64,000 bases of DNA. Origin: Blepharisma stoltei ATCC 30299. Lineage: Eukaryota > Protista > Ciliophora. Under the pieces are notes generated by a model. It ran no database searches and was not told the DNA's origin. It was given only the letters and a program-made list of their open reading frames with translations. This document shows positions 25,240 through 38,110 of the stretch, piece by piece; positions within the stretch are counted from its first letter, which is position 1; each line of letters starts with the position of its first letter. Position numbers and translations under genes: made by a program. The stretch lies in the NCBI GenBank assembly GCA_965603825.1, contig CBFDEM010000046.1, forward strand, positions 248,001 through 312,000, given 5' to 3'.

Positions 25240-28200
25240 TTAGAAATTACGACTTCTTATCATATCTTTCAAAGACTTTTCTGGGTCAATTTTTATATCT
25301 GATTTGAGTTTTGGCAACTTCGGCAGATTGATGTCAGTTCCTGAAGTTTCGCCCCAGTCTGCAGATTTTTCGACGCTTGTGCCAAAAGCTTGTCCCTTGA
25401 CTCTGACATTTGGTTTAAGGGCTCCTCTTCCATGAAGCTTAAGGCTTTCATCATTAATAGCATCGAATTCTGACTCATTTACTACATTTGCAAAAATCGG
25501 GATCTTATAAATTTCAGCTTTTGTTGCTACTTCAAACTCGACTTCTACCTTTTCAGGGTGATTTGCATTGAGTTCTACTATGAGCCTCGTAGTCATCCCA
25601 GGTGCTATAGGAGTTGGCTTATAAACGATTTTTACATTCTTCTTCGGCGGCTGCCTAATCGTGAACCTTAGAAGCTGATTGTCTTCATTTTTAATAACAA
25701 TCTGCATTTCATATACTTCCCCATCCTTGACCACTCCGAACCTGACTGAAGCTGGAATAACCTGCAAGTTCCTCTTAAGTGGATCTGCCGTAAAAGCTGT
25801 AATCATCATATTTTGAGTGTCAATCATTTCTCTGTATGACTGTTTTTTCATAAGTGCTTTATATAAAATTGTATGTGTCCCTTCTCTCCTCATTTCTTGA
25901 ACTGTTGGAGCTTTTATTTGTGGCCGACCAGACTGCGAAATCGTTCTAATTCTTCTGTCTGTGGCACTTTCAGTTAATATGAATTTTTCATTAGGAACTC
26001 TTACAGGCGAAGTGCTTCTAATAGAATGAACTGTAGGCCTGATTTCTCTTGGCTGTCCATATACGTCAAAATTATTTGTTTTTAGCAAAACATATTCTTG
26101 GGCTTCTTCTTTTTCTGCTTCTTCTTTAAGAATTTGAAGCTTTTCCACCTCGGCAAAACAGCTTGGCTTTGTGACTGGCTTAAGGATCACTGGCTTTACC
26201 TTGTATTTTTGGGTTGAACTTTTTTCTGGCTCGAGAGCTATAAATGGGTTATCGGATGCTTCTTGAGAGGCTAAGTTATTGTCTTTGGAAGTCACAGAGG
26301 CCATTTGACTTAAAGTTTCTTTCATACTGTGGTAGTGCTCAGCTTCTTCAGGCGGTAAATCGTCAGGGTTGATTTCTACAAGTTCTTTAGGAGGAGATGG
26401 AGGCCGTTCTGGCATAGGGTTGTAGACCGAAAACTCAATTCCTTCAGGAGAGTCAAAATAATTCAAAAACCCAAGCTCATGGTATGACATATCTCTAGGA
26501 TTTTTTTCCAAATGCAAAGAAACAGTACTTGAATAGCTTTTTATCGGCCTAGTTGCTGGCACGTCTTCCATGAAGCTTTCACTTCTTATGCTTTTTAGCG
26601 TTCTTGTATACTGCACTTTGTCTTCTTCATCATTTTTTCTGCTTTGCTCAATTATTCCAATCATCCTTTCTCTAAAGCTATCAGCAGATTCTATTTCTCC
26701 TAGCGGTTTCTCCTTTCTTAACTCCAGAATTTTCTTTTTTACGCTGAAATCCAATGCTTTTACGCTTTCATTTCTTACATCTTCTACCCCAAATTCAAAT
26801 CTTACAGTCATTTGTTCAGCTTTCCAGTTTTGGTAGTCTTCTACACATCTTAAAAATTCCTCACGTTTGTCAGGAGAAAACTGAGGATGTTTGATAAATC
26901 CACGATAAATAAAATATTCAGGCTCGCCATCGTGAGGAGGGCTTGGCTCTGATTTTATATAAGAAGCGATTTTAGAGTTGACCGATTGAAGATGTGGGGA
27001 ATATGATAAGTGGCCTTGCTGCAGAAGAGTTAGAGATATTGGGCGGAGATAGGTAAAATAGGTAAGAGGACCATCTTGGTAGGAAAGCTGATAAGTGGAT
27101 GAAGGAAGGGTCAAACAAAAACTGTCGATTTGGGATTGATTTAGCATTTCAAAGCCTTCTCCATTACTAAAAATCACAAATAGTCTCGTCACAATTTTAT
27201 TCTGGTTTACCTGGTTTTGGCCTTCTGTAGGGTTTATTTCAAGCTTAGGACTTTCTAAATTTTCTATTTCTGTAGGCTGCTCAATGATTTCTTGGCTTTC
27301 CTGTGGAGGTGGTGGAGGAGGGGTATTCATTACTTGTGTAGACCCTCCATGCATATCGATTTCAAAAAAGTTCCCAGCGTCATCTTTATTTGATAAAGTC
27401 CCTTTAATGCAATCAGCCATCAATATTCCAGGCCTCTTATTAAGAATTTCATTTTCAACCGACAATTCTTCGCCTTCTATCGCAGTTTTAGTTTCACCAG
27501 TGACCAATGCAACTTGTCCTTGGGCTGTTGAAAAAACGACACTTAAGCATGAAGCATAAAATGTGCTTTCCCAGCATTCGTTGCCATTTCTTCCTTTTAC
27601 AATCGACTCGTCTGGCAAATGGATTTCGTACTCTTTGAAGCCTCCATCATAATACAGATTTATTGGGCAGTACCCAGGAGATTCAATTAAAACTTCTGAC
27701 TTGTCTGGAGAAATAAAATATTTAGTCCCGTCTGAGTGCTCAGTGATTTGTTCTCCAGTCGGGAATTCTACGATTTTGACTGAGTCTTCTCTGATAATGG
27801 TCCTGATTTTGGTTTCTGGGTCAGTTACTCCAAGACAAGGTATAGAGTCAAGCTGCTGAATATTTCCTTGTGAGTCTTTTGATATTCTGTATCCCTTATT
27901 ATTTGTGATAATCCAAAGATCATTGATGAATTCTGCGAAATTTCCATTAGCAAAAAGCAATTGGATTTTATCCTTCATATATCTTATTATAGTCCCTTCA
28001 AGTGTTATGACTCTATTGATTTCTGGCAAAGCGTTTTCAGACTTTGATAGACTTATCCTCAGCCTCATTCTTGATGGCGTCAATTCTTGGATTATGTCTC
28101 CAGATGGCAAAAGCTTAAGATGAAGGCCATTTGTTTGTGTTATTGTCATGGAAGCTAAGGAATTTTCAATTTCCACAAGGACATTTGTGGAATCAGGAAG

Positions 28201-30633
28201 ACGCGCCCAAAATTCTCCCAATTCTTTACCTTTTCTTATACCCAGAAATGTGTTGTCTTTGTAAACCAAGCTTTGAAAGCGGCTTGAGTACAATAAATCT
28301 CGCTGATTTTCGTTTGGAATTGTAGGACCAATTGCGTATTCTTTGATTTTAAAGACACTTCCATCTGTAGGGAACATCAATTTAGTTTTCTCCAAAATTG
28401 GGCCTACTTTTCCTTCAAAAATATCATAAAATTCAGCTGGGACGTTTTCAACGTCTTTAAAATATTTGTGCCACTGATGGAAATTTGGACGAACTCTCCA
28501 CTGTCCTTCCCATACTCTTTGGTTGCTTCTTCCATCTAATATTTTATATTGCAAAGCAAGTAATAAAGAATCATCTCTTTGGTAATATCCAGTAATTATA
28601 TCAGGCTCTGATATCAGAGCTTTACTTATAGTCTGGCCAAGTATCAGCTCATTCATTTTTTCTGTATATTCTCTGTCAGAGAAATCGAAGCTGCACCCTG
28701 TGAACTCAGCCATGATTTGTTCAAATTTGGTGATCAGCAAGGCTCTTTCTAATTCAGGGTATTCTAAGGACGAAAACGGATAAATCTCGCACCTCTCTGC
28801 ATCTCTGAGCACTTGGGATTTCTGAGGGATATCTGGCATCATATAGCGTTTTGTTCCAGGAACCCTTAGGTTTTTAATGAATTTATTTTCAATGTCTTGA
28901 ATAAGATCTCCCATTGGAAATCTTTTATTTCGTGAAGAAGCTGCTGCAGAGTTATTTCCGTCATATATATCAGCAGATCTAGCATCTGGATTTAAAGGAT
29001 TTTGAGGCTCTTTATAAAAAGTGCTCATTACTTTTGAAGCGTCTGTGTAAAAGTGATCAAGAATTTGATTTGGAAACACAAGCTGCCGTAGCATGCACGC
29101 TAAAATATACTCTGGGCCTGCACAGTTTTCATCTTCTTTGTGTATGAGGCTAGTATAAACCCTGTTGTCTCAGACTTTAGGTGCGTCATCATAGCTTGGA
29201 TATAGTTTCTCAGGTGGAATGACAGGTTTTGGGATGGGAGGAGCTTGCTGGGCAGCTTGTGCCTGAGATGCAGCTTGTTTAGGGTCGACAGGTGGAGGGG
29301 GAGGAGGGATAATTTGGGCTTGATACTGTTGTTCTTGGAGTATGCTATTTTCAACATCAAAAGAACTAATAGGATAAAGTGGCTTGATAAGGATAACATC
29401 TTTTCAGTTGTTATATTTTATAAAATGCTCTCCAAGCTCTGCAATTTTCACTCCTAAGTCTCTGACAAAAATTTGCTTTGGATCTAAGATTACAGGCTCA
29501 ACAACTTCCACTTTTTCTTCTTCTTTAGGCTGCTTTCCTGCATCTTTTCCTCCTTTTGCATCTTCTTTCTTTTTCTTTTCTTCATCAGCTTTTTTCTTTT
29601 TCTCTTCTTCAGCCTTTTTCTTGTCATCTTCTGCCTTTTTCTTTTTTTCCTCTTCTGCTTTTTTCTTATCCTCTTCTGCCTTTTTCTTTTGGTCTTCTTC
29701 AGCTTTTTTTGCATTTTCAGGTTTTTTGATTTCTTCTTTTTTCTTGTTTTCTTCCTTCTTTTTGTCCTCAGCCTTTGGCTCTGCCTTTTTTCCTTCTTCT
29801 TTTGAAGCAGGCTCCACAACTCGTTTTCCAAGCTTAACTTGTTTGCTGCTTCTTCTTTTCTTTTTATCGTCTTGCGGCTCTTCTTTGACTTCCTCTTTGA
29901 CTTCTTCTTGCTTTTCTTTGAATTCAGCAATTAAAGTCATTAAGTTTCGCAGTGGAGAGCCTTTGGGACTTTTCCAAAATGCATTTTGAAGAGCTTTCCA
30001 ATGAGTAGGAAATTCAGGAGGCAGCTCAGGCTCTTTCAGTTGGTCAGAAGCTCCTTCTTCTAGTTTTTTTACAAATTCTTTGCACATATTGTCGTACATT
30101 TCTGCTAATTCTGTTTTTTCTGGCTTGACGTAGAGAGAAAGGTTGATTCCATAGCCTAGCTTTCCTAAGACCTCAGCTTCATCTGCAGTTTGCGGGTACC
30201 CAGACACCAAATAAAATATGTCTGGCTTTGTATTATCAATAACAGGGACAGGAATGTCAGGAACCGGCAGTCCTTTTTCAATAGCTTCCTGCTTCGTTTT
30301 TTCTGCTTGTTCAATTTTGAGGATCTTTTCTTTTTTAAGCTTCCGATTTAGGATGTCATTTGTAAATACTTTTTCTCTGAACGCTCTCCCTAAAAGCTCC
30401 GGGGCTATAGAATCATCAGCGTTATCGACCCAGAAGCCTTTTTCTTTCGCATGGGCTATAAGTTCATCTCTAGTTATATTTGTAAATTGTGAAGTGTTGA
30501 AAAAGTTTTTGAAATCTGAAATAAAAGGATGCCACTCTACGAGCACAAAAAATGCTGTCCAAGGTGGAAGCGTAGATAAATCAATATCTTCCTCTTGCTT
30601 CTTATCGTCTTTTTTCTTCCCTTGTGGAGGCAT
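25240..30633 (-). CDS. SPAG17: Central-pair protein SPAG17/PF6-like (~1800 aa)
   Basis: The 409-aa and 1284-aa ORFs are in frame, joined through two TGA; EHSDGT..VLIESPGY beta repeats, NFDVYGQPR, C-terminal PapD-like domain (PASVRFGVVKDGEVYEMQIVIKN..IAPGMTTRL). Confidence 0.82.
29560..29790 (-). repeat. Coding low-complexity K/E repeat (KKKAEEE/D units) within SPAG17-like gene
   Basis: Imperfect 21-24 nt units encoding KKKAEEDKKKAEEEKKKKAEDDKKKAEEE. Confidence 0.8.
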
Positions 30634-31691
30634 ATAACTGACAAATAATAATTATTTCATATTGATGAAGAGATTAAAGTGATTTAGATAGGAAACTTCT
30701 GCTGAAAATTAAAATTAAGTAAAATTTATGTTTTCTTTTAAGGTAGTTAGCTCTCTTTATGAAGCGGTAAAAAGAGCTTGAATTCAGGCGGAAATTCTAT
30801 TCCATAGTGCAGTCTATAGAGAAATAAATTTTTCTAATTCTGCAGTTTGCGTAGATTTGCACTATTAGAGTTTCAATTTAGTTGATGCCACGAGCTCTTC
30901 TCTCGTAAAATCTGATAAATTAAATTAGATTCGGCTCTAACCTCCATCTAGTCTCAGGCATTGCACAAATAAATGGGGTCTTCGAATATTCTTGTCATCC
31001 AGACTTGGACTTCGAAAGTGGAATATTTCTTCAGGTTTTTGAAATTCATAACGAGAAATAGCAGTTTTATGCCTGCTTATGTCTGTTCCATTATTTTAAA
31101 TATAGAGCTCTGGATATCTTGATCAGTTATTCATTTTATGTGTTCATTGCGCACACTTTTGCCCCATATCTCAAAGGCTTACTCCCTATGCTGTAAAAGA
31201 TAGCAAAAACCCAGATTGGAATTTGCCTCATGAAATTCCGTTTAAATATTTTTTCAAAAATAAATTAAGGCTATTATATTAAACTTAAAGGATGATTTAT
31301 GGTCATTTCGGATATTTATATTAACAGTAATAAAAATCTGAGAGATTAGTAGAAAAAGTAATGTAAATTAATAATTAACGTTTTGATGGTTTAAAATTTA
31401 TTATTTAACTAGATAAAAACAATTGTTTTAATTTTTTATTTCGAGTCTAAATTTCTTATTGAAATTTACTATTATAAGATTTTAGAAATTACTATTTTTT
31501 ATTAATCAGAAAATTAGAATTTTGATTTAACCATAAGCAAAAAAAGAGCATATAGTTGTTGAAAAATAAAATATTTTCAAATATATATATTGAAATTATC
31601 CAAGTAATATAAATCTAATAATTACTGTTGAAAAAAATTATATTGTAGATCCCTTAAATTACGAGTATTTTTTAATAATTTTTCTTAATTA

Positions 31692-32589
31692 TTAGAAAGG
31701 AAAAGAATTGATCCAGTCTAAGAATTTATGAGTTGGGGTGTAATGATAAAGGTTAACAAACCTCTTAGACAAAATTTGTTGATCAAAACTATGAGCAAAT
31801 AAAAATAGTCCATATTCCGTAGCTTGAGTCATTGGATTTTCACTTCTTTCTATTTCATGGATATTTCCAAGAGTTGAAACTCTTTCAATTACAGTTTCAA
31901 TAGGTACAGCTTCTGGCTCAGTCCCATTAAATACCCCAAAAGCCCGATTTCTATAAGGATTCTATACATATCGGCTAAATCTTCATGATGTATAAAACCA
32001 ATATGATTATTTCCTTTAAGAGCAACAATTTTATTGTGGGACTTACAAGCTCTTATCCATTGATCAACACAACTTTTTCCATAAACCCAAGTAAGCCTGA
32101 TGACAACGCCTCTTAAATTTCCTGCAGTTGCGTTTATAACTTTTCTATCTCTTACAACTCTTAGAGCTGTAGTCTCCCATGTATGAGATGTGTCTTCATG
32201 GTCTTCATCTTGGACTCCATTGGTGTTTCCGTAAACCATGCATCCTGAGCTATACAGAAGAGTAACAGGCTTGGTTTCTGCTGTCTTTTTTGCTGCAAGA
32301 ATCAGTGCATCAACAACTGTTACTTCCTCTATCTTGTATCCATTTTCATCCCATGTCTGCTGCACACAGTGAACAATAGCATCATAGCCAGCAGCTAAGT
32401 CAGCAAGTTGATGGGCTGTATCAAGAGTGATATCAAAAATAGTGAAATGAGAGCCTGAGCCCTTGCTTGCTACTTCTTCTCTCTTTTAAGCACTTCTTAC
32501 TGTTGATGTAACCTCATGTCCATGAGCTAGCAAATTATCAAGAAGAGAGCTTCCAATAGACCCTGTGCTCCTGTTAAGAAAATTCTCAT
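31692..32589 (-). pseudogene. Disrupted tandem paralogue of the NAD-dependent epimerase/SDR gene
   Basis: Full-length alignment to 33150-34049 with a 1-nt deletion near 32565 (in the GATG motif), TAA at 32486-32488 (paralogue CAG) and a 1-nt deletion near 31948. Confidence 0.88.
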
Positions 32590-33149
32590 ATTTATTATTA
32601 TAATTGTTGTTTTAGTTTGATCAAAAAATGCATTTTATTTTAAAAGTCGTAATATAAAATTTCTCCAAAATGAATTAGGTTTCTTTTTAATATTAATTTT
32701 AGATTTTTTAAGCCTACATAGAGACTAAAAGTATTAGCTATTTAGAGAAAGATTGCTCAGAAGCATAACATTTTTTTTGCAACTAGCTGGAAATTTAGAG
32801 ACTCTAATCAGTTGAACTTTATAATCTATAATGTTACAAAAATGTTTATTGGGCTCTACTAGAAGTCTCTCACTTTACGACTCTGCATGTGAATATTTTG
32901 GCACAAGAGAAACGACTAGACCCGGCAAACAATTTAGGCAAAAGCTCATATAAACGCCGAATTAAGTGGAATTTTAGAGTGTATAATAAATTTGCCTGTC
33001 GAAATACTAATCGATTTTGGGAGCTTATTTTCTGAATATATATAAAATGCTTTTCAGAGAAATAGCACTAATATAAAAAAAATGCATAAATTTTTAGAAT
33101 GATTTATGCTAAATGATTTAACTAACTATAAATTTAATGTTTATATTAA

Positions 33150-34049
33150 TTAGAAAGCATAGGAATTAATCCAGTCTAGGAATTTATGTCTTGGAGTAAA
33201 ATGATAGAGGTCACTCAATCTCTTAGAAACAATCTGCTGATCAACGCTTTGACCAAATATAAAGAATCCATATGGTCCTGAAGTATGAGCCCATGGGTTG
33301 TCAATTCTTTCTATTTCATGGAGATTTCCAAGAGTTGAAACCTTTTCAATAACAGTTTCTAGTGGCACAGATTCAGGCTCAGTTGCATAAAAAATTCCAA
33401 ATGCATGATTTTCTATAAGGATTCTATACATTTCAGCTAAATCCTCATAATGTATGAAAGGAATATGATTATTTCCAGTATGCGCAATAATTTTATTATG
33501 GGACTTACAAGCTCTAATCCATTGATCAACAAAGCTTTTCCCATATACCCAACTAGGTCTAATAACGACCCCTCTAAAGTTCCCAGAACTTGCGTTAACA
33601 ATTTTTTTTTCTCTTACTATTCTTGGAACTACAAATGGAATACAGCGAGATGTATCATCATGATCTTCATCCATAATTCCATTGGTATTTCCATTGACTA
33701 AGCAGCCTGAGGTAAAAACAACAGTGACAGGTTTAGTTTCAGCTGTTTTTCTGCCTACTCTAATTAAAGTATCTACGCAGAGATCTTCTAATTTTGCTCC
33801 GTTTTCATCAAATGATGGCATTACACAGTGAATAATTGCATCAAAGCCTGCAGCTAGCTCTTCAAATTGATGAGCTGTTTCAAGGGTAATCTCATAAATC
33901 ACAAAGTGTGAGTGAGGACCTTTGCTAGCTATTTCTTCTCCTTTCTGAGCACTCCTCACTGCTGATGTAACATCATGGCCATGAGCTAGCAAATTGTCTA
34001 AGATAGAACTTCCAATTGCTCCTGTTGCTCCTGTCAGAAAAACTCTCAT
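33150..34049 (-). CDS. NAD-dependent epimerase/dehydratase (atypical extended SDR)
   Basis: MRVFLTGATGAIGS Rossmann motif, FTSG, IRPSWVYG, FIHYEDLAEMY. Confidence 0.9.
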   Translation of the reverse strand: MRVFLTGATGAIGSSILDNLLAHGHDVTSAVRSAQKGEEIASKGPHSHFVIYEITLETAHQFEELAAGFDAIIHCVMPSFDENGAKLEDLCVDTLIRVGRKTAETKPVTVVFTSGCLVNGNTNGIMDEDHDDTSRCIPFVVPRIVREKKIVNASSGNFRGVVIRPSWVYGKSFVDQWIRACKSHNKIIAHTGNNHIPFIHYEDLAEMYRILIENHAFGIFYATEPESVPLETVIEKVSTLGNLHEIERIDNPWAHTSGPYGFFIFGQSVDQQIVSKRLSDLYHFTPRHKFLDWINSYAF

Positions 34050-34444
34050 TTTTATTATTATAATCGATGGGGAGAAAACGCATAAAAAGGACGTATACTA
34101 GTTTTTCGATGCTATAAATTTCAATAACTTTCGAAGTTAATTACCATTGTTTGTAAAGTACAGGATTGGTCTTCATAAGAAAATTTCTACAATCTTAGTA
34201 TAGTTTAGGTTGAGAATATGTGTCAGACCTTGAGCTAAGCTAAAGCTAAATTTTGGCAATTAGAATATATCAAGCAATTATTAATTTTTAGATGAACTTT
34301 AGTAGTGGAAAGTTTAAAATTCTAGATAGATTCGTATAGCTTATTTAATTTATATATTTATTTGATATCGTATTTTTCAATTATGATCTCTTCGAGTTTT
34401 TTAGCTAGAAATTATATTATTTAAAATTCAAAAGCATTTCATCT

Positions 34445-35020
34445 TTATATCTTCAGCTTAGGAACAACAAATCTCTTTTCTACTGGCGGTTTTTCATCTG
34501 CTTTCGTTTTTCCTTCTTTTGCAGCCATAAGCTCCTTTACTAGCATATCAAATTCTTGCCTCAAGTTTTCAACAGTTTTTTGTGTCTCAATTCTTAAATT
34601 TTCCGCATTTTCCAATTGAGTCCTACATAAAATTTACTTTAGCAATTGTCTGAGCTTCTTATTATCTTCTGAAAGCTTGGCTATTTTTTTCTTATATTTT
34701 TCATCAGATGGGATTCCTTTTTCAGCTTGTGCTAAAATTTTTTCTGAATAATTTAGTAAAGCTTCTCTTGATTTTTCTAATTGGACTTTCAGCTGATTTC
34801 TTTCACTGATAAGTTCTTCTAGTGATGATAAAGAAAATGATGATTGTTTCACTTTTATTGCAATTTGAGTGGGATTTGATACTTCATTTATAGGAACTAA
34901 GGCAAATAACTCAATTTCTTGAGGGTTGATTCCTAAATTTTGAGAGCAAAAGGAGTAATATGAGGAAGAATCTGGAAACGAGTAAGTGAAAGCTGGCGCA
35001 AGTAGCGAGCAAAGGGACAT
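34445..35020 (-). CDS. Coiled-coil hypothetical protein (15-nt intron 34623-34637)
   Basis: Splicing joins ...NKKLRQLLK to TQLENAENLRIETQKTVENLRQEFDMLVKEL...VPKLKI-TAA. Confidence 0.8.
34623..34637 (-). other. 15-nt intron
   Basis: gtaaattttatgtag on minus strand; removes an in-frame TAA. Confidence 0.85.
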
Positions 35021-35749
35021 TTTAAAGGAATTATTGAAATTGAATTTTGGTTAAGGATTATAGTCTAAGATATAATGAAAAGAAGTTAAAAAAAAATTTA
35101 AAACAAAGAAATAATGAATTTTAAGATTTTAGGGCAATAGTTTGTATATTTTAAGCATGAAAAAATTAAAATAAAAGTTTTCGCGTAATAATTCAATAAT
35201 TAAACTATATATTGTTTATTATTTTTTCTAATTCTATTTTAACCTCATCCCAATTCAGTTTATCATATTTATATCACTCTCAATTGTTAACAAGCTAAAA
35301 CTTTAGCCTTCTCTTAATCTTTAGTACTTTTTACCCCCATGCATTTCAAATAGTTTTCTTGAGAATTCTGCACGGAACAGTAAACATCCACATTTTTTTA
35401 CAATCATTTTAAAGAAATCAAAAAATAATTTAATATTTCATTAAAATTTCTTTTTTTCCAACTTTCATTCCTTGTTTCAATAACGCACAAGCAAAAGCTA
35501 TTTCTTACACTAAATTATCCAAAAAATGCATTTATGCTTCTTTTTCAATTATTAAGTCAAAGAGTTTTATTATTTACATTGATAAAAACTTGTTGCTAAT
35601 AATACAGAGCTCAATTAAAGCTGCTAATTTTTACCTTTTAACTTGTATTTAGTTCATAGAAAGTGCAAGCGAAATTCTAATAGCCAGCCATGTTAAAAGC
35701 TGAACTTATAAATTATACGAAAATTTTCCAGTATTAGATAGAATTAAAT

Positions 35750-36682
35750 ATGAACAAAATTACCATTAGCTCCGAATGCGCAAAACTGAGTTTTTCAAAA
35801 GATATTCTAACCAAAATAGATGTTCGTGTTATATATAGATTGGATACTTCAGAAGATAAAACAGATATATGTGTAGGTGCAGGAAAGTTTCCTACCTGAA
35901 ATAAAGTATGTAATCTCCAAGGAAGAGGTTCTAAGATACTTCTCCAAGTTATCGGATCAGACTCCAACGGACAAGCACTTATCGGAGAAGCTCAAATTGA
36001 TTTAAAAGAAGGTGAAAACTGGTTTGAGCTCTCTCGAAATGGGGAATCAGCAGGGCAAATTAAATTAAAAATCGCAGTTAAAAAAATCGAAGAAACTCTT
36101 CAAAGTTTTTCGAACGAGACTGCTCTTATTAATCAAGGCATGCCTCAAGGAATAACGGAACCACAAAGAATGCCTTTGCATCAGCTTGGACCATATGGAT
36201 ATCCGATGGGATATCCAACAATGCAAAATATTCAAATTTCGCAGCTACCTCAAGTTATGACTATGCCTCCAAATGGATATAGGCAAACCTATAGCCAAGA
36301 AAATCCTCAGCAAATGCTTTCGCAGACCAGATTGCCACCTCCTAATATTCCAAATCAAGAATTCATGCCAATGCAAGGAGGTCATATATCAGGCATTATG
36401 AGAGGTAGCACAGGGACTGTTCCTACAGCTGTGCCTCCTCAGCAGGTGCAAATTTGCGATATGGGCTACGATCATCAATTACCTCACTATGTTTTACCAA
36501 TGCGACAGGAATATACCTGATGCCCTGTTTGCTATAGTTCTCCACCAGGGCAATTTCAATATTATCATCAACAGCCAAGTTATCCATGCTACTATCAAAA
36601 TCCAGCTACAAGTCAGACAAGCTCAGCTCAAGGTCCTAATCCAGATAGGACCCAACCTGGTGGGCGGCAAGATTGTTTTTAG
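35750..36682 (+). CDS. C2-domain protein with Pro/Gln/Tyr-rich tail
   Basis: N-terminal GAGKFPT(W)NK..LIGEAQIDL..WFELSRNGESAGQIKL is C2-like; continues through TGA 36518-36520 to TAG 36680-36682. Confidence 0.8.
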
Positions 36683-36878
36683 GAGAAACTGATAAATGTA
36701 AAAGCTAAAATCTATGAAATAAAATTAAATAAATATAATCACATATAAAAGAAACAAAAGAATAGTGGCTGACAATAATGGAAAAAAATCAGCAAGGAAT
36801 TTAACTGGCTAACTATAGATAAGATATTAAATAAATATGATTAGACATTTATGTTAACTATAATTCCTAAAAATCAGA

Positions 36879-38079
36879 ATGGCTTCAGCCGAACAATATA
36901 CATATGAAATCCAAAAAAAGAGGCTTGATAAAGGTAGAAACCTACATAGAAGTCCAAATGCTTGAGCATGTCACTCCAAATATAGTTACATCCCACAAGA
37001 AAAGTAGCTTCGGCTTGATAATTCGTGTAGAGCTCCAATCTCAGCTATTAACAGGCCTTCCTTTCACATCCTTTTACTATGATATTCATCTAGAAGGAAA
37101 ATATCCGTTCCAGTCTCCAAAAGTTCTCTGCGAAACCCCATTTCCTTTCCCATCCCTATCAGATGGTAGAGATCTCTTATCAAGCATAATTAAAAGAAAA
37201 TGGACTCCTAGCATTACTTCTTTAGACGTTATTAACGCCTTACCAGCATTTACTGCAGAATTATATCAAAAATGAACTGAAGGTCTTCAAGCTGACATAG
37301 GAGTGTTTCACTTAGGTCATCCAATGCCTCTAGAAATATGGGAAAATAAAGAAGGAATGAAATGCTTTATGTGTGTAGAAATTGACATAAATGATGATAG
37401 AAATACTAAAGAAAAAGTGATTGTCGTGACCAACTTAGTCATTTTGCAGCTTGATGTAAACCCTGACTTCCCTATGATTGGCTATCTCACAAATTGGGCT
37501 ACCTTGCAGTCGTTAAATGCAATTAACAGATCAAGAAGTGATCGAAATGTGCTTGTTTTTGACTGAAAAGAAATGGAAGAAATTCCTGCTTGCAGCCAAA
37601 AATTTAATTTTTCTGAATCTGAAGAATGCATCCAATTGATAACTCAAAACATACACAAGCTCAGCACTATCATTAAAAAGCAAAACAAAAAAACCCTCCA
37701 AGAAGAAGAGGTAAAGCCAGAGCATATAAAAAATATGCACATTGACGATATTTTAAAAAAAATCTCGGAATATGAAAATAAACTGAAAGGGACGGTTAAT
37801 ATAGAAATAATTAATAGCCTCGTGAATTTATATCAGCAAGCTATTGAGTATTTTTCAGCAATAAATGATGAGAAATTTCAGGTATTTTTAAATAAAATGC
37901 ATAAATTGTTGTCGAATCAGCTGATTCAAGATGTGATGCAAGGGAGAATTAGTGAAGTTAGTGGTGTCGCTGTGTTCGAAGAAGAAAAGATAGAAGAAGA
38001 AGTTAAAGTCCTTGAAGAAGACAAGAAAGATGTAGAGCTGGAAGAAATAGATTCAGAACATAGAAGTGAAGATCAATAA
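36879..38079 (+). CDS. UBC-fold (UEV-like, no catalytic Cys) protein; 16-nt intron, 2 TGA=Trp
   Basis: Spliced start gives KKRLDKEVQML; YPFQSPKV, DGRDLL..WTPS; three downstream ORF pieces share one frame. Confidence 0.8.
36934..36949 (+). other. 16-nt intron
   Basis: gtagaaacctacatag; links ATG 36879 to the main frame and creates the E2-type KRLxKE helix. Confidence 0.82.
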
Positions 38080-38110
38080 TAACTATTAATTTTTCTAGGA
38101 ATTATACGAC

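Noticed and set aside
29384-29989. Antisense/alternative-frame ORFs over K/E-rich genes (also 38145-38441, 52766-53797 and similar)
   Set aside because: F/S/L-rich shadows of the real coding strand.
32486-32488. TAA aligned to a Gln codon, suggesting UAA=Gln
   Set aside because: Single case, inside a copy that also has two frameshifts; intact genes end in TAA/TAG and have none internally.
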